DNA of 61,279 nucleotides, filler included, from 3 parts of 3 records of this genome joined end to end with filler, not necessarily neighbours in it; one strand, 5' to 3'; positions 20,853 through 32,052 are shown, numbered from the whole stretch's first letter. The notes: generated by a model not told the origin, from the letters alone. A program made the numbers and translations.

Positions 20853-20928
20853 GAGTTTAATTTGTTGAATATGAAATTTAGTTAACTAGGTGTATGAAGA
20901 TATTGTTTTAATTTGAAATCGAATTAGT

Positions 20929-21507
20929 TCAACCATGTCTTTTCTCATTCCAAGTAGCGATAATTTCAGATATCTCATCCATGTCTCGTTTGTCAATGAG
21001 CATTGTCTTTAAATCGTTTTGGAGTAAAACATCTACTTTTTGATCATGAAGATAGATCCTTTGAACATCTTGCCAAGGAGTCAAAGTTGCATTTCTTCCG
21101 GGTAGTTTTAACCCGTTTTTGAATGACCGTATCGAATGGATATAGTTTTTATGTTCACTTTCAAAAATAAGAAAGATAGAACACAGACAGAAGTACAATT
21201 GACCAATTCCATCAACTTTTTTTATCGTTAGAATCTCACTAAAATCGATGAAGCTAAGAAAGAAAATGGCTATTACTGAAATCACTATTAGTTTTTTCCA
21301 AATGGGAGTATTCACCCGTGCGTAATTCAAAGCATCGTGAACTTCTTTTTTATCCGCCCGAAATTGGATGACAAATAGAGTCATAAAGACAATCGTGAGA
21401 ACCACGAATACCAAATGATTAGAGGTGAAGTAGTTCAGTGGAATAATTAGCCAGTAACAGACGTAAATAATATGGAATCGCTTTATCAAGAATGTGAAGT
21501 TGTACAA
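20929..21507 (-). CDS. hypothetical 4-TM membrane protein with C-terminal PH-like domain (paralogue A)
   Basis: Four hydrophobic segments, then SIRSFKNGLKLPG...TPWQDV; start uncertain. Confidence 0.65.
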   Translation of the reverse strand: MYNFTFLIKRFHIIYVCYWLIIPLNYFTSNHLVFVVLTIVFMTLFVIQFRADKKEVHDALNYARVNTPIWKKLIVISVIAIFFLSFIDFSEILTIKKVDGIGQLYFCLCSIFLIFESEHKNYIHSIRSFKNGLKLPGRNATLTPWQDVQRIYLHDQKVDVLLQNDLKTMLIDKRDMDEISEIIATWNEKRHG

Positions 21508-21560
21508 ATAGTAGGATGAAGATACAAGATTGATTTTAGATTCTTTCCTCTCAGAAGAAA

Positions 21561-22262
21561 CTACTTAATAACAACTCCAACAACATCTTTTTCAGCGGTC
21601 AGTCCGTTAATTCTAGAATCTACAGTGTTATGTCTATTGTCTCCTAATAAAAACAACTGATCTTTTGGTACTACGAGTGGACCGAAATTGTCCATCGTCC
21701 ATGATTGATTGAAGCTTTTGTGAACGACCCCTCTTTTATTGTCGATGAATCGTTTCGCGTTTGTTTGAGAATTAGCGACCTTATCATCAATAGGTAATTG
21801 AATTAAACCAGTTTCGTTATCGAAAAGTGGCCAGTTTCCATCGTTTTTTAATTTATTCGACGTTGCTTGGTCGACTATGTAATTATGTTTTATGGAGATG
21901 TGGCTGTCGATATTTTTTCCATTGACAAATAAAACACCGTCTATAAGTTGAACGGTATCACCAGGTAGCCCGCAAATTCTTCTTACCCAAACTGACGGAG
22001 GAGGAAATCGTGGGTCGGAAAAATTGTAGCAAACGAAATCTAAGCGTTCGTGACTTTTCAAATTGGTAGCGAAAATGCGATCACCATAATTTATGCTCGG
22101 CGAATTCCCATCCGTTGGAATGTTATAAAACTGTACCATTCCCGTAATTCTTAGAAAAAACCAAAGAACTACAAGAATTCCTGCACTAATTCCAATTCGC
22201 TTAAATAGTTTAGATTTCAAGCGATGTTTTGTCAAAGGAAATTGTTCAGAGTTTAGTGTCAT
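21561..22262 (-). CDS. signal peptidase I (S26) family protein with non-canonical active site
   Basis: One TM; RICGLPGDTV and FLLGDNRHNTVDSR boxes; boxes B and D read IPTDGNSPS and WVRR. Confidence 0.85.
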   Translation of the reverse strand: MTLNSEQFPLTKHRLKSKLFKRIGISAGILVVLWFFLRITGMVQFYNIPTDGNSPSINYGDRIFATNLKSHERLDFVCYNFSDPRFPPPSVWVRRICGLPGDTVQLIDGVLFVNGKNIDSHISIKHNYIVDQATSNKLKNDGNWPLFDNETGLIQLPIDDKVANSQTNAKRFIDNKRGVVHKSFNQSWTMDNFGPLVVPKDQLFLLGDNRHNTVDSRINGLTAEKDVVGVVIK

Positions 22263-22263
22263 A

Positions 22264-22587
22264 CTAATCCACAAATGTTTCTTTAATTACCTTTTTACAC
22301 GCTTCTATTTCTTCAGTAGACAAAAGTCCAAAAGACTTAATTATTCGTTGCTTGTCAATTGTCCTTATTTGATCTATGACTACCCATCCAACTTGATTGT
22401 TGTGTGTTATTTTGATCCGTGTTGGGTATTTATGACTTTTCGTGGTCATCGGTGCTATAGTAACCGTTCGCAAGTTTTTGTTTATTTCATTTGGTGAAAT
22501 AATCACGCAAGGTCTTGTTTTATTGATTTCAACGCCGAGTGTTGGTTCTAAATTCACCAAAACAATCTCGTATTGGTTTAGCTCCAT
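22264..22587 (-). CDS. mazF: PemK/MazF family toxin
   Basis: LEPTLGVEINKTRPCVIIS, APMTT, DQIRTIDKQR. Confidence 0.93.
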   Translation of the reverse strand: MELNQYEIVLVNLEPTLGVEINKTRPCVIISPNEINKNLRTVTIAPMTTKSHKYPTRIKITHNNQVGWVVIDQIRTIDKQRIIKSFGLLSTEEIEACKKVIKETFVD

Positions 22588-22823
22588 TCGTCGAAGTTTT
22601 CGTCCTCAAAAACGTCATTCATCAATAACTGGTCTTCTCCTTGATTATGCATTTTCTTAAACGCTTTGTCCCAACCTTTTCGCGGTTCAGCAACAGGTTT
22701 AAGAATAATTTGTTCCTTCTCAAAAATGAGTTCTACTTTATCCGTGATATTGTATCGTTCAAGGATAGCCTTGGTGAGTCGCAGCCCTTTTGAGTTTCCT
22801 ATTTTAATGATTGATAGTTCCAT
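22578..22823 (-). CDS. mazE: AbrB/MazE family antitoxin
   Basis: IIKIGNSKGLRL, PRKGWDKAF, acidic C-terminus; overlaps toxin start. Confidence 0.92.
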   Translation of the reverse strand: MELSIIKIGNSKGLRLTKAILERYNITDKVELIFEKEQIILKPVAEPRKGWDKAFKKMHNQGEDQLLMNDVFEDENFDEWS

Positions 22824-22832
22824 GGTTGAAAT

Positions 22833-22857
22833 AATGTAATTACAAAGTTATTACATT
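22833..22857. promoter_or_regulatory. putative mazEF autoregulatory operator
   Basis: AATGTAAT-N9-ATTACATT inverted repeat with nested TGTAATTACA palindrome, 10 bp upstream of antitoxin start. Confidence 0.65.
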
Positions 22858-23078
22858 TGAATGGGTTTTACAACAGGTTATCAGAACTTTTGAAAGATTG
22901 CGCGCAATTCTAAACTTTTATTTTCTGACAATTCGTTCAAATGACAAACAGCAAATCCTTTGTTAGAAAAACCAATGTAGTACAAGCCCAATTTCAATCC
23001 AACCCGATTTCACTTCCATTTTAACCGCAATTTTCCTAATTTTACGCGCCCTTTAAACGGCCTCAAAATACAAGATAC

Positions 23079-24992
23079 ATGGAAAAAGTAGAACCGTATA
23101 AACCCATCAATAAAGTACGAATCGTAACGGCAGCATCGCTCTTTGATGGTCATGACGCGGCGATTAATATCATGCGAAGAATTATCCAATCAACTGGTTG
23201 TGAGGTGATTCATTTAGGTCATGATCGTTCGGTGGAGGAAGTGGTGAACTGTGCGATTCAGGAAGATGCGCAAGCGATTGCGATGACGTCTTACCAGGGT
23301 GGACACATGGAGTACTTTAAGTACATGTATGATTTATTGAAAGAGAAAGGCGCTCCACAGATCAAAGTATTTGGCGGTGGCGGCGGAACTATCCTTCCTT
23401 CGGAGATCGAAGAATTACAGAATTACGGAATTGAGCGCATTTATCATCCAGACGATGGCCGTTCTATGGGATTGCAAGGAATGATCAATGATTTAATTCA
23501 ACGCTGCGATTTTTCCGTTGGAGATGAATTAAACGGAGAAGAGGATGATTTGAAATCAAAAAATCCAAAAAATATTGCGCGCATAATTTCTGCAGCGGAG
23601 AATTTCCCAGAGGAATCAAAGGAGCTTATCCAACGTGTGGAGGAATTGGCTGCTCAAGTGGATGTTCCTGTACTCGGAATAACGGGGACAGGTGGTTCAG
23701 GAAAATCGTCTTTAGTCGATGAGCTTGTACGTAGGTTTTTGATTGATTTCAAAGATAAAATGATTGCTGTTGTTTCTGTCGATCCTTCGAAAAGAAAGAC
23801 AGGTGGAGCATTGCTTGGAGATAGAATTAGAATGAACTCGATCAAAAGCGATCGTGTATATATGCGTTCATTAGCTACGCGACAATCAAACCTAGCACTG
23901 AGTAAGCACGTCGCTGAGGCGATTAATGTTCTTAAAGCAGCGGAATATGATCTAATTATCCTTGAAACATCTGGAATTGGTCAGTCGGATACGGAGATTT
24001 TGGATCACTCTGATATGTCATTGTACGTAATGACACCAGAATATGGAGCGGCAACGCAATTAGAGAAAATCGATATGTTGGATTTTGCGGACGTAATCGC
24101 ACTCAATAAATTCGATAAGCGTGGTGCGCTAGATGCACTTCGTGACGTTAGAAAACAATATCAGCGAAACCATAATTTATGGGAAGAAGCGGTAGATTCC
24201 ATGCCTGTATTTGGAACAATTGCTTCTCAATTCAATGATCCTGGAATGAACACTTTGTATAAGGTGATCATGGATAAATTGGTAGCGAAAACAGGGACAA
24301 AACTAGAGTCGACATTTACCATCACGGATGAGATGTCGGAGAAAATTTTCGTTATTCCACCAGATCGCACACGTTATTTGTCAGAAATTTCTGAAAGCAA
24401 CAGAGCGTATGATCGCTGGGTAAATCAGCAAGTGGAAGTGGCGACAAAACTGAACGGATATCACACTTCGATTGAATCCATTAAGGATTCTAACATTGAA
24501 GACAAAGATCGTTTAGTGAAAGGCTTGGAAGAGGCGTTCGAAAATGAGAAGTTGAATTTCGATCCAAAAAACTGGATTCTGCTCCAAGAGTGGGAAGCAA
24601 AAAAGAAATTGTACAAAGATCCAGAGTTTAAATTCCAAGTAAGAGATAAAATACTGTCGATTCAAACGCACACAGAATCACTTTCTCATTCACAAATTCC
24701 AAAGGTTGCAACGCCGAAATACATTGGTTGGGGAGATATTCTTCGCTGGTCGCTGCAAGAAAATGTGCCAGGAGAATTTCCATATACTTCTGGATTGTTC
24801 CCATTCAAACGAGAAGGGGAGGATCCAACGAGAATGTTTGCCGGAGAAGGTGGTCCAGAACGAACAAACAAGCGTTTTCACTACGTGAGTTTGGGAATGC
24901 CAGCAAAACGATTGTCTACGGCATTCGATTCGGTGACGCTTTACGGAAATGATCCAAATTTACGTCCTGATATTTACGGTAAAATTGGAAAC
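23079..24992 (+). CDS. icmF: fused isobutyryl-CoA mutase (B12-binding + MeaB GTPase + mutase), truncated at contig end
   Basis: [10 protein letters not shown]12 motif, [44 protein letters not shown]. Confidence 0.93.
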
Positions 24993-25092
24993 NNNNNNNN
25001 NNNNNNNNNNNNNNNNNNNNNNNNNNNNNNNNNNNNTTAATTAATTAANNNNNNNNNNNNNNNNNNNNNNNNNNNNNNNNNNNNNNNNNNNN
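24993..25092. other. artificial contig linker
   Basis: 44 N + TTAATTAATTAA + 44 N; gene families and base composition change across it. Confidence 0.98.
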
Positions 25093-25121
25093 CTCAGGTT
25101 CGAATCCTGACGGGCGGGCCA
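25093..25121 (+). tRNA. 3' part of a tRNA (T-arm, acceptor strand, CCA), resembling tRNA-Arg(CCG)
   Basis: CTCAGGTTCGAATCCTGACGGGCGGGCCA; anticodon not in the window, so isotype is inferred from recalled similarity to enterobacterial argX. Confidence 0.8.
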
Positions 25122-25129
25122 TTATCATG

Positions 25130-25161
25130 AAGGACTTGCGTGCAAACGCGGGTCCTTTTTT
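25130..25161 (+). terminator. intrinsic terminator after tRNA
   Basis: AAGGACTTGCGT-GCAA-ACGCGGGTCCTT followed by T run. Confidence 0.8.
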
Positions 25162-25372
25162 GTTGTCTGTACCTAAATGGTACTCTGCCAGTGCCAATAT
25201 TTCTGAATTGCTTGTCATCAGCGGCCGGACTGATTCGTCGTCTTGCCAGTTATTGTAAGCTCCACTCTTGCCTTTATTTTAATTGTTGCTATGGTTGGGA
25301 TTCAGGACACATTGAGAGCAGCCATGTTTTCACGAAAGTATCTATTGACCACCTTCCATTAGTAAGCGAGCA

Positions 25373-25388
25373 CGGCACGCTCTGTGCT
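25373..25388 (+). promoter_or_regulatory. sigma54-like promoter
   Basis: CGGCACGCTCTGTGCT: GG-N10-GC spacing with GGCACG. Confidence 0.5.
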
Positions 25389-25398
25389 CGCAACCATT

Positions 25399-25582
25399 AA
25401 AGTTACTGAAAAATAACATAAACGATCTCCTCCGTTGGACTAGCGCTATTAGGTACATCGCCTGAAAGCATAGTAGTAACTAATACTGAGGGGGATTCAG
25501 GCCAAAGTTGCACAAGGCATTTTTCGGAACAACAACAATAAAAATAGATTAGGGAGGCTCCGCGACTGAGCCTCCCATTTTC
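25399..25582 (+). ncRNA. candidate ~180-nt sRNA
   Basis: Lies between the sigma54-like promoter and hairpin GGGAGGCTC-N7-GAGCCTCCC-ATTTT; contains AACAACAACAATAAAAA and an internal GCCTGAA...TTCAGGC stem; no plus-strand ORF in the track. Confidence 0.4.
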
Positions 25583-25617
25583 TGCTCGTTTTCGAAAAAT
25601 GCTCACCAAATAATTAT

Positions 25618-25902
25618 TTGGAGGCTTTGATCTTCGTGAACGTAATAATTTTTTTGTTTCGAAAATATTGTTTTGGATTAATAGAAAAACAGCAGGTTAC
25701 TGACGCGTTACGTTTTTTTATTGACTCTAATTACTGGAACATCAACGAACCGCTGCCCCACCCACATGAGCTTTCAGAACTCTTGGATTTTAACGAAGAC
25801 ATAACGATGCATGGACTCTGCCGCCTGATCAGCGCTGGCGTTATTTTTGAGGGCAAAGACGGACGCCTGTACGTCAGGACGAGCACCGAAGACACACACT
25901 GA
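25618..25902 (+). CDS. small stand-alone GntR-like winged-helix protein
   Basis: VTDALRFFIDSNYWNINEPLPHPHELSELL...GLCRLISAGVI...GRLYV follows the GntR HTH pattern; start uncertain. Confidence 0.5.
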   Translation: MEALIFVNVIIFLFRKYCFGLIEKQQVTDALRFFIDSNYWNINEPLPHPHELSELLDFNEDITMHGLCRLISAGVIFEGKDGRLYVRTSTEDTH

Positions 25903-26103
25903 TATTTTCTTAGTATTTCTATGTCTGCAACCGGAACCACTAGAACCTTATGAGCACACGTCACCTTCACTTGATTAAATAAATAAAGAAGGTAGCCTAT
26001 TGGCAAACCCGAAACATACTAAAGGTGATCAGATTGCATGAATAAAATGCCGACCAGTTTTTTTATAAAGCGCATATCGGCAGCGCTATTTATAACTGAG
26101 AGC

Positions 26104-26190
26104 ATGAAAATGAGTAAGGAAAAACCGAAAAAACAGGCTAAAAAAACATTGAAAGAGAAAAGAAAAGATAAAAAACAAAAAAACGCCTGA
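26104..26190 (+). CDS. putative 28-aa lysine-rich small protein MKMSKEKPKKQAKKTLKEKRKDKKQKNA
   Basis: Translated by hand; GAGAG upstream; followed by hairpin AGGGGAAAGG-GTCAA-CCTTTCCCCT (26199-26223). Confidence 0.5.
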   Translation: MKMSKEKPKKQAKKTLKEKRKDKKQKNA

Positions 26191-26417
26191 TTAGCAATAG
26201 GGGAAAGGGTCAACCTTTCCCCTTCAATAACGGTTTTCCCGATCATATCATCTGCGTTTACTTATCGAACTCTCACACCTTATATGAATTTATCATTTTT
26301 CTGATCAGAGGTTTTATGAACATTGATGCTGGTTTTCTTGTGTCTTTAGATACTTTGGGAATCATGAGAAGAAAGTGTCGTCGCCTGATAAAAGCGATTA
26401 TTCTTGGAGAGAATGAA

Positions 26418-26687
26418 ATGGCAATGATTGGAAGCTGGGTCACGATTATAGATTGTGCAGATTCCCAGCCTCATGAATTCCGGTTAGTGGAAGCTATTGG
26501 GCCAAGGGACGCTCATCCGAGGGACCTGCCGATAGACTCATCTCTTGGACTCGCGCTGTTTGGCAGCAGGCCTGGCGACTACATAAAACTGAGCGTCGGC
26601 GGCGAGGAAAGTGGCATCGTCATTTTATCCATTAACAATGAAAAGTTGGAAGCGAACGCAAAAATGGCGACATTTGACGAATTTTAG
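26418..26687 (+). CDS. GreA/GreB/Rnk C-terminal-domain-only protein
   Basis: IGSWVTI...EFRLVE...LPIDSSLGLALFGSRPGDYI; GGAGA RBS before ATG 26418. Confidence 0.7.
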   Translation: MAMIGSWVTIIDCADSQPHEFRLVEAIGPRDAHPRDLPIDSSLGLALFGSRPGDYIKLSVGGEESGIVILSINNEKLEANAKMATFDEF

Positions 26688-26715
26688 CGTTCTAACGATT
26701 CAAGATTGCTTCGAC

Positions 26716-28462
<1,747 letters not shown>

Positions 28463-28701
28463 ACCGACTCCTCTAAGCCTGGAATGCAATATTCAATTGG
28501 TGTGCTTGTTCAGGGGGGCTCGCCGAACTCGGCGATTAGTACGACGAATTCAGCGGAAATAGTGAAAAGCGGCAAGACACAACGCCCCCTCGGACAACAT
28601 AGTCCGATGAAATTTAAGGGGTGCAGTGTTGGGAAAATTCATAGGTTTCTTACCCAGGAAAATGTCTTTCTCAGTCCCACAATAACCCAAACCCAAAATT
28701 A

Positions 28702-28791
28702 AGCAAACGGGTCCACTTCACTCTTCAATTTCACCAGCGATCCCAAGCGGCTCGCCAGTTCGCTTTTTGAAATGGACAGCAACATCTTTTA
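28702..28791. repeat. degenerate ~90-bp direct repeat, copy 1
   Basis: agcaaacgggt...tttcaccagcga...cggctcgccagttcgctttttgaaatggacagcaacatctttta matches 34916-35008. Confidence 0.85.
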
Positions 28792-29080
28792 ACGCCGCAA
28801 AGACTGTCTTGCTGTGAAGTCACGATCAATGGCCAACCTTAGCAACAGCGTGTGGGCTGGGGGAGGGACAGTCCTTCGGGACCAACAGGCTGATCGTAAT
28901 GTACGTTCGTATGAACGGCGCCATCGAGCAGCACGGCAGATAGCGGATAAGGAGGTCGTGCGTTCTGGCGCTCGGCTTCGGAGAAGTTTATCTGATCCAT
29001 GGCGACAACGAATTCTATGCGGTTGGCGATGGCCCTTTTGTCGCGGATGTTGAGACTTATTCAGAGTCTCCTTAGCATTG

Positions 29081-29449
29081 TTATTTAGCCCCCAAGTTTA
29101 TAGACCAGAATTCGATCCGGTTGCCTTCCGGATCATGAATATGAATGACTCTTGCTCCCCAAGAATGATCTTTTATAGGTGGAGGGGAAAGGCCCGCCTC
29201 ATTCAAGTATATATGTACAGTTTCGATATCACCTACTTCGAGTGCAATGGTTACTCCTTTACCCTCATTGCTATCAATTGAGGCTCTTGATTCATCTGCA
29301 ATGCTTAAACGACACGCCTCATTTAATTTGAACTCAACAAACCAATTAAGAGACATCCTTACCTCAAACACGATTTTATTTTTATAAAAGTCGACACATT
29401 CCTTCCACTTTCTACAATAAAAGATCGTGTTGGCTGTTTTTATATGCAT
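29081..29449 (-). CDS. VOC/glyoxalase family protein
   Basis: CVDFYK, IALEVGDIE, SWGARVIHIHDPEGNRIEFW. Confidence 0.88.
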   Translation of the reverse strand: MHIKTANTIFYCRKWKECVDFYKNKIVFEVRMSLNWFVEFKLNEACRLSIADESRASIDSNEGKGVTIALEVGDIETVHIYLNEAGLSPPPIKDHSWGARVIHIHDPEGNRIEFWSINLGAK

Positions 29450-29564
29450 TTTGCATCCTGATCTTCGGTGTAACCATAGCGATTTTGCTTAGCGACGCCC
29501 TGACAAGGACGTCAGATGAAGATCGCGGGCTAGGCCGGAGCGACCGACTGGCCACCACTTCACT

Positions 29565-30029
29565 CTAATCAATAAAAACTGAGTAAGTATTGAAGCTCCA
29601 CAGCAGATAATTACCTTCACTTACCAGTATTCCATTAAACGGAAGATCGTAACTTAACTCGATAAAATCTTGCCGGATTATTTCACGTATCGAATATGAG
29701 TCCACCCCAAGAGAATTCGCTCCGAGAGAACCCGATCCATACAGATCGTGTGTGAATCTATATAGTCCTTTCATATAAAATAAAATGGGGATCGCAACAG
29801 ATAACCTTATGCCATTCACAGCCGGCTTAATTTCGCCTAACATACTGTCGAAAATGGCCTGCCTTGACCACTTTTCTGCCTCCTCTTTCGTGGCCAAAAA
29901 CCATGCAGCATCATTCACCATCAACCTTTCTGAAAAGAGCCCCCCATTCCAAAGAGTAAGCCCGCTTACTGAACCTATTACGCAGTTTTCCATGAATGAA
30001 AAATTTGCAATATACATATTAACTTCCAC
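29565..30029 (-). CDS. hypothetical protein
   Basis: 154-aa AT-rich ORF with an RBS-like GGTGGA before an internal ATG; no motif recognised. Confidence 0.5.
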   Translation of the reverse strand: MEVNMYIANFSFMENCVIGSVSGLTLWNGGLFSERLMVNDAAWFLATKEEAEKWSRQAIFDSMLGEIKPAVNGIRLSVAIPILFYMKGLYRFTHDLYGSGSLGANSLGVDSYSIREIIRQDFIELSYDLPFNGILVSEGNYLLWSFNTYSVFID

Positions 30030-30078
30030 CTATGCTTCGATAATTTTAAAGCGCAGGCATTACAGGTTATTGGATCTA

Positions 30079-30324
30079 TTATTCTGCGCTACGCGAGTTT
30101 TTGGCGAGCATATTCAATCTCCGCTCCATATTTCTCAGGGCATTTAATCTCAACACATAGAACAGTTTAACGCCGGCCGCCCATAGCGGTATCGAAATAT
30201 GAGCGATGATCTGACCCATTATCGAAAACCTCGATGCCCAAGGATAGGCCATGAGCACTGAAGCAAAAACTCCTAAAACAGAAATACTTAAACCCCAGCT
30301 CGATACAATTAGAAGACGTTTCAC
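30079..30324 (-). CDS. small 2-TM membrane protein, paralogue of 35299-35514
   Basis: GAGGAGG RBS with GTG start; YPWA..FS...QIIAHI......VKLFYVLRL motif shared with the second copy. Confidence 0.75.
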   Translation of the reverse strand: MKRLLIVSSWGLSISVLGVFASVLMAYPWASRFSIMGQIIAHISIPLWAAGVKLFYVLRLNALRNMERRLNMLAKNSRSAE

Positions 30325-30477
30325 TCTTACCTCCTCAACAATAAATCAGATTCAACCCATTATATTTAAAAAACAAGGAGCAGAAAGGTTTGTTCTCCAC
30401 AGGAGATGATCTAGGTACATTCCGGATAACTTTTGGGAATAACATTGTGTATTTTTTAGGTTGGCGCCACTGATTTG

Positions 30478-30640
30478 GTTCTCTCTCGAAACACCAGTGG
30501 TGGTTGCCCGCGATGAGGATTTTGTGCGTATGATTTTCTGACGGCCAAACCAGGCATCAAGCTGCTCCAGTTCCTCCAAAGTGCCGCGTCCCATCGTATC
30601 TCCGGCGTGTATCACGCACCTCCCCATCAGGATAGACTTC
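30478..30640 (-). pseudogene. frameshifted metallophosphoesterase (MPPED/239FB-like) fragment
   Basis: Pieces in different frames: PDGEV / IHAGDTMGRGTLEELEQLDAWFGRQ / HTHKILIAGNHHWCFERE. Confidence 0.75.
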
Positions 30641-30762
30641 GCCAGTAATAGTTTGTTAATGAATTTCCTTTCGCTTGGTGTCCACGTGCCCTTTCGATGA
30701 ATGCGCGTTGGACAACTACAAACTGCATTTAGATCGTCAATTGAGCCGGAATGGGACAATCA

Positions 30763-31479
30763 CTAACTGGGAGGACGGATAAAATCAGCAAGGAGCTCGA
30801 CAACGGAATCCGCCATATGGGCGCAACGGGCGCCATCAAATGGATAGACTGTTTCAAACCCACCCTGGATACGCGACTCCAGTAACAACTTAAGATGTCG
30901 TCTTGCGCGGAACAGGCGTGTTTTGACGGTCATAACGGTAATGCCGAGGTCCAGCGCAATGTCGGCCAACGCCATCCCTTCTGCCTCTCTGAGAACAAAC
31001 ACAACCCGAAGATGACTCGGCAGTTCGGATACTGCTGCCTCTAACCATTCCCGGAACTGTGCAACGCCGTGCTCGTTTTCGGGGGAACGTTGTCTGCTGC
31101 CTGGAAACGCTATGACTGATGCTTCCTGATGAAATTCTTCCGAGACCGAGTCGTATTCTTCGGTAGGCTGACGTTTTCTCAATCGCATTCGGGCAACATT
31201 TAACGCGATTTTAGTGGCCCAGGTTGAAAGCTTGGCATCCCCACGAAACTCTGCAATGCGGGAAAAGGCAATGAGGTAGGTTTCCTGGACGATCTCCTCG
31301 GCTTCGGCATCGTTATCCATAATGCCTCGGGCGATACGAAACAGACGCGGATTAAGCCTTCTGATCACCTCCCTTACAGCCGTTTCATGCCCCTGTTTTG
31401 CCAGTCTTACAAGCTCGTCTTCAGAGGTTTGCAAGCCAATGGTGGGCTTGGGCGATAGGGAGTCGACAGAAGTTTTCAT
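30763..31479 (-). CDS. ECF sigma factor with short C-terminal extension (YPFDGARC), ECF29-like
   Basis: Region 2 AEEIVQETYL...FRGDAKLSTWATKIALN; region 4 LP..LRVVFVLREAEGM...IA..LG....TVKTRLFRAR. Confidence 0.92.
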   Translation of the reverse strand: MKTSVDSLSPKPTIGLQTSEDELVRLAKQGHETAVREVIRRLNPRLFRIARGIMDNDAEAEEIVQETYLIAFSRIAEFRGDAKLSTWATKIALNVARMRLRKRQPTEEYDSVSEEFHQEASVIAFPGSRQRSPENEHGVAQFREWLEAAVSELPSHLRVVFVLREAEGMALADIALDLGITVMTVKTRLFRARRHLKLLLESRIQGGFETVYPFDGARCAHMADSVVELLADFIRPPS

Positions 31480-31491
31480 AACGAGACCTTG

Positions 31492-31998
31492 TCAGCTTTC
31501 ATTAACAATATCGCGGATCGAAGGGAATTGAGTCGCTACATGTCCACTCACTCCGCCCGCACGCAGAGCGGAACTATCCCAATCCACCATTTCAGGCGTT
31601 CCAACGACGATCCGCCCAACCATAGCCGCCATTTCATGCGGCACGCAGTAATAGTCATAAACACCAGGAATCGTCAGCGTCAGACTGAATTTCTGGTTCG
31701 GAAGCAAATGGCCACTACCGAACGGTTTGGCAGCCTTTGGCATCCGCCGCACCCGATCAAAATACTCAGGGTGATACGCCGTCACCGTGTGAGAATTCCC
31801 AGGATCCTGATTGACGAAGGTAATTGTTGTGCCCGGATCTACCGCAATCCCCTTCGGATCAAACCAAACCCTTTCACCTCTGGGTGTACCTTGCATCTTG
31901 ATAACAACCTGGCTTTCGCCAGCAGCCTCAGTCACACCACTACTCAGAAGTAATAGCGAGCCCGACAACTTCAGTAATCTACGCCTTGAACAGTTCAT
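31492..31998 (-). CDS. Tat-exported plastocyanin/azurin-like cupredoxin
   Basis: SRRRLLK signal; type-1 Cu ligands HTVTAY...YYCVPHEMAAM. Confidence 0.92.
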   Translation of the reverse strand: MNCSRRRLLKLSGSLLLLSSGVTEAAGESQVVIKMQGTPRGERVWFDPKGIAVDPGTTITFVNQDPGNSHTVTAYHPEYFDRVRRMPKAAKPFGSGHLLPNQKFSLTLTIPGVYDYYCVPHEMAAMVGRIVVGTPEMVDWDSSALRAGGVSGHVATQFPSIRDIVNES

Positions 31999-32052
31999 AG
32001 CCAGATACCCGGCGGGCAGTCCAATCGGTATTTGAGAAACGTCTTACTGATC

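Noticed and set aside
25037-25048. TTAATTAATTAA palindrome (also 42747-42758) as a biological site
   Set aside because: Sits in the centre of N runs; a synthetic stop-codon linker
26019-26246. 75-aa Phe-rich minus-strand ORF
   Set aside because: Antisense shadow of the A-rich Lys-peptide ORF on the plus strand
28814-29053. 79-aa plus-strand ORF and an open minus-strand frame
   Set aside because: No RBS or family motif recognised; cannot be supported
29450-29564. Possible integron attC site between AT-rich minus-strand genes
   Set aside because: No convincing RYYYAAC...GTTRRRY pair or long imperfect palindrome; no integrase
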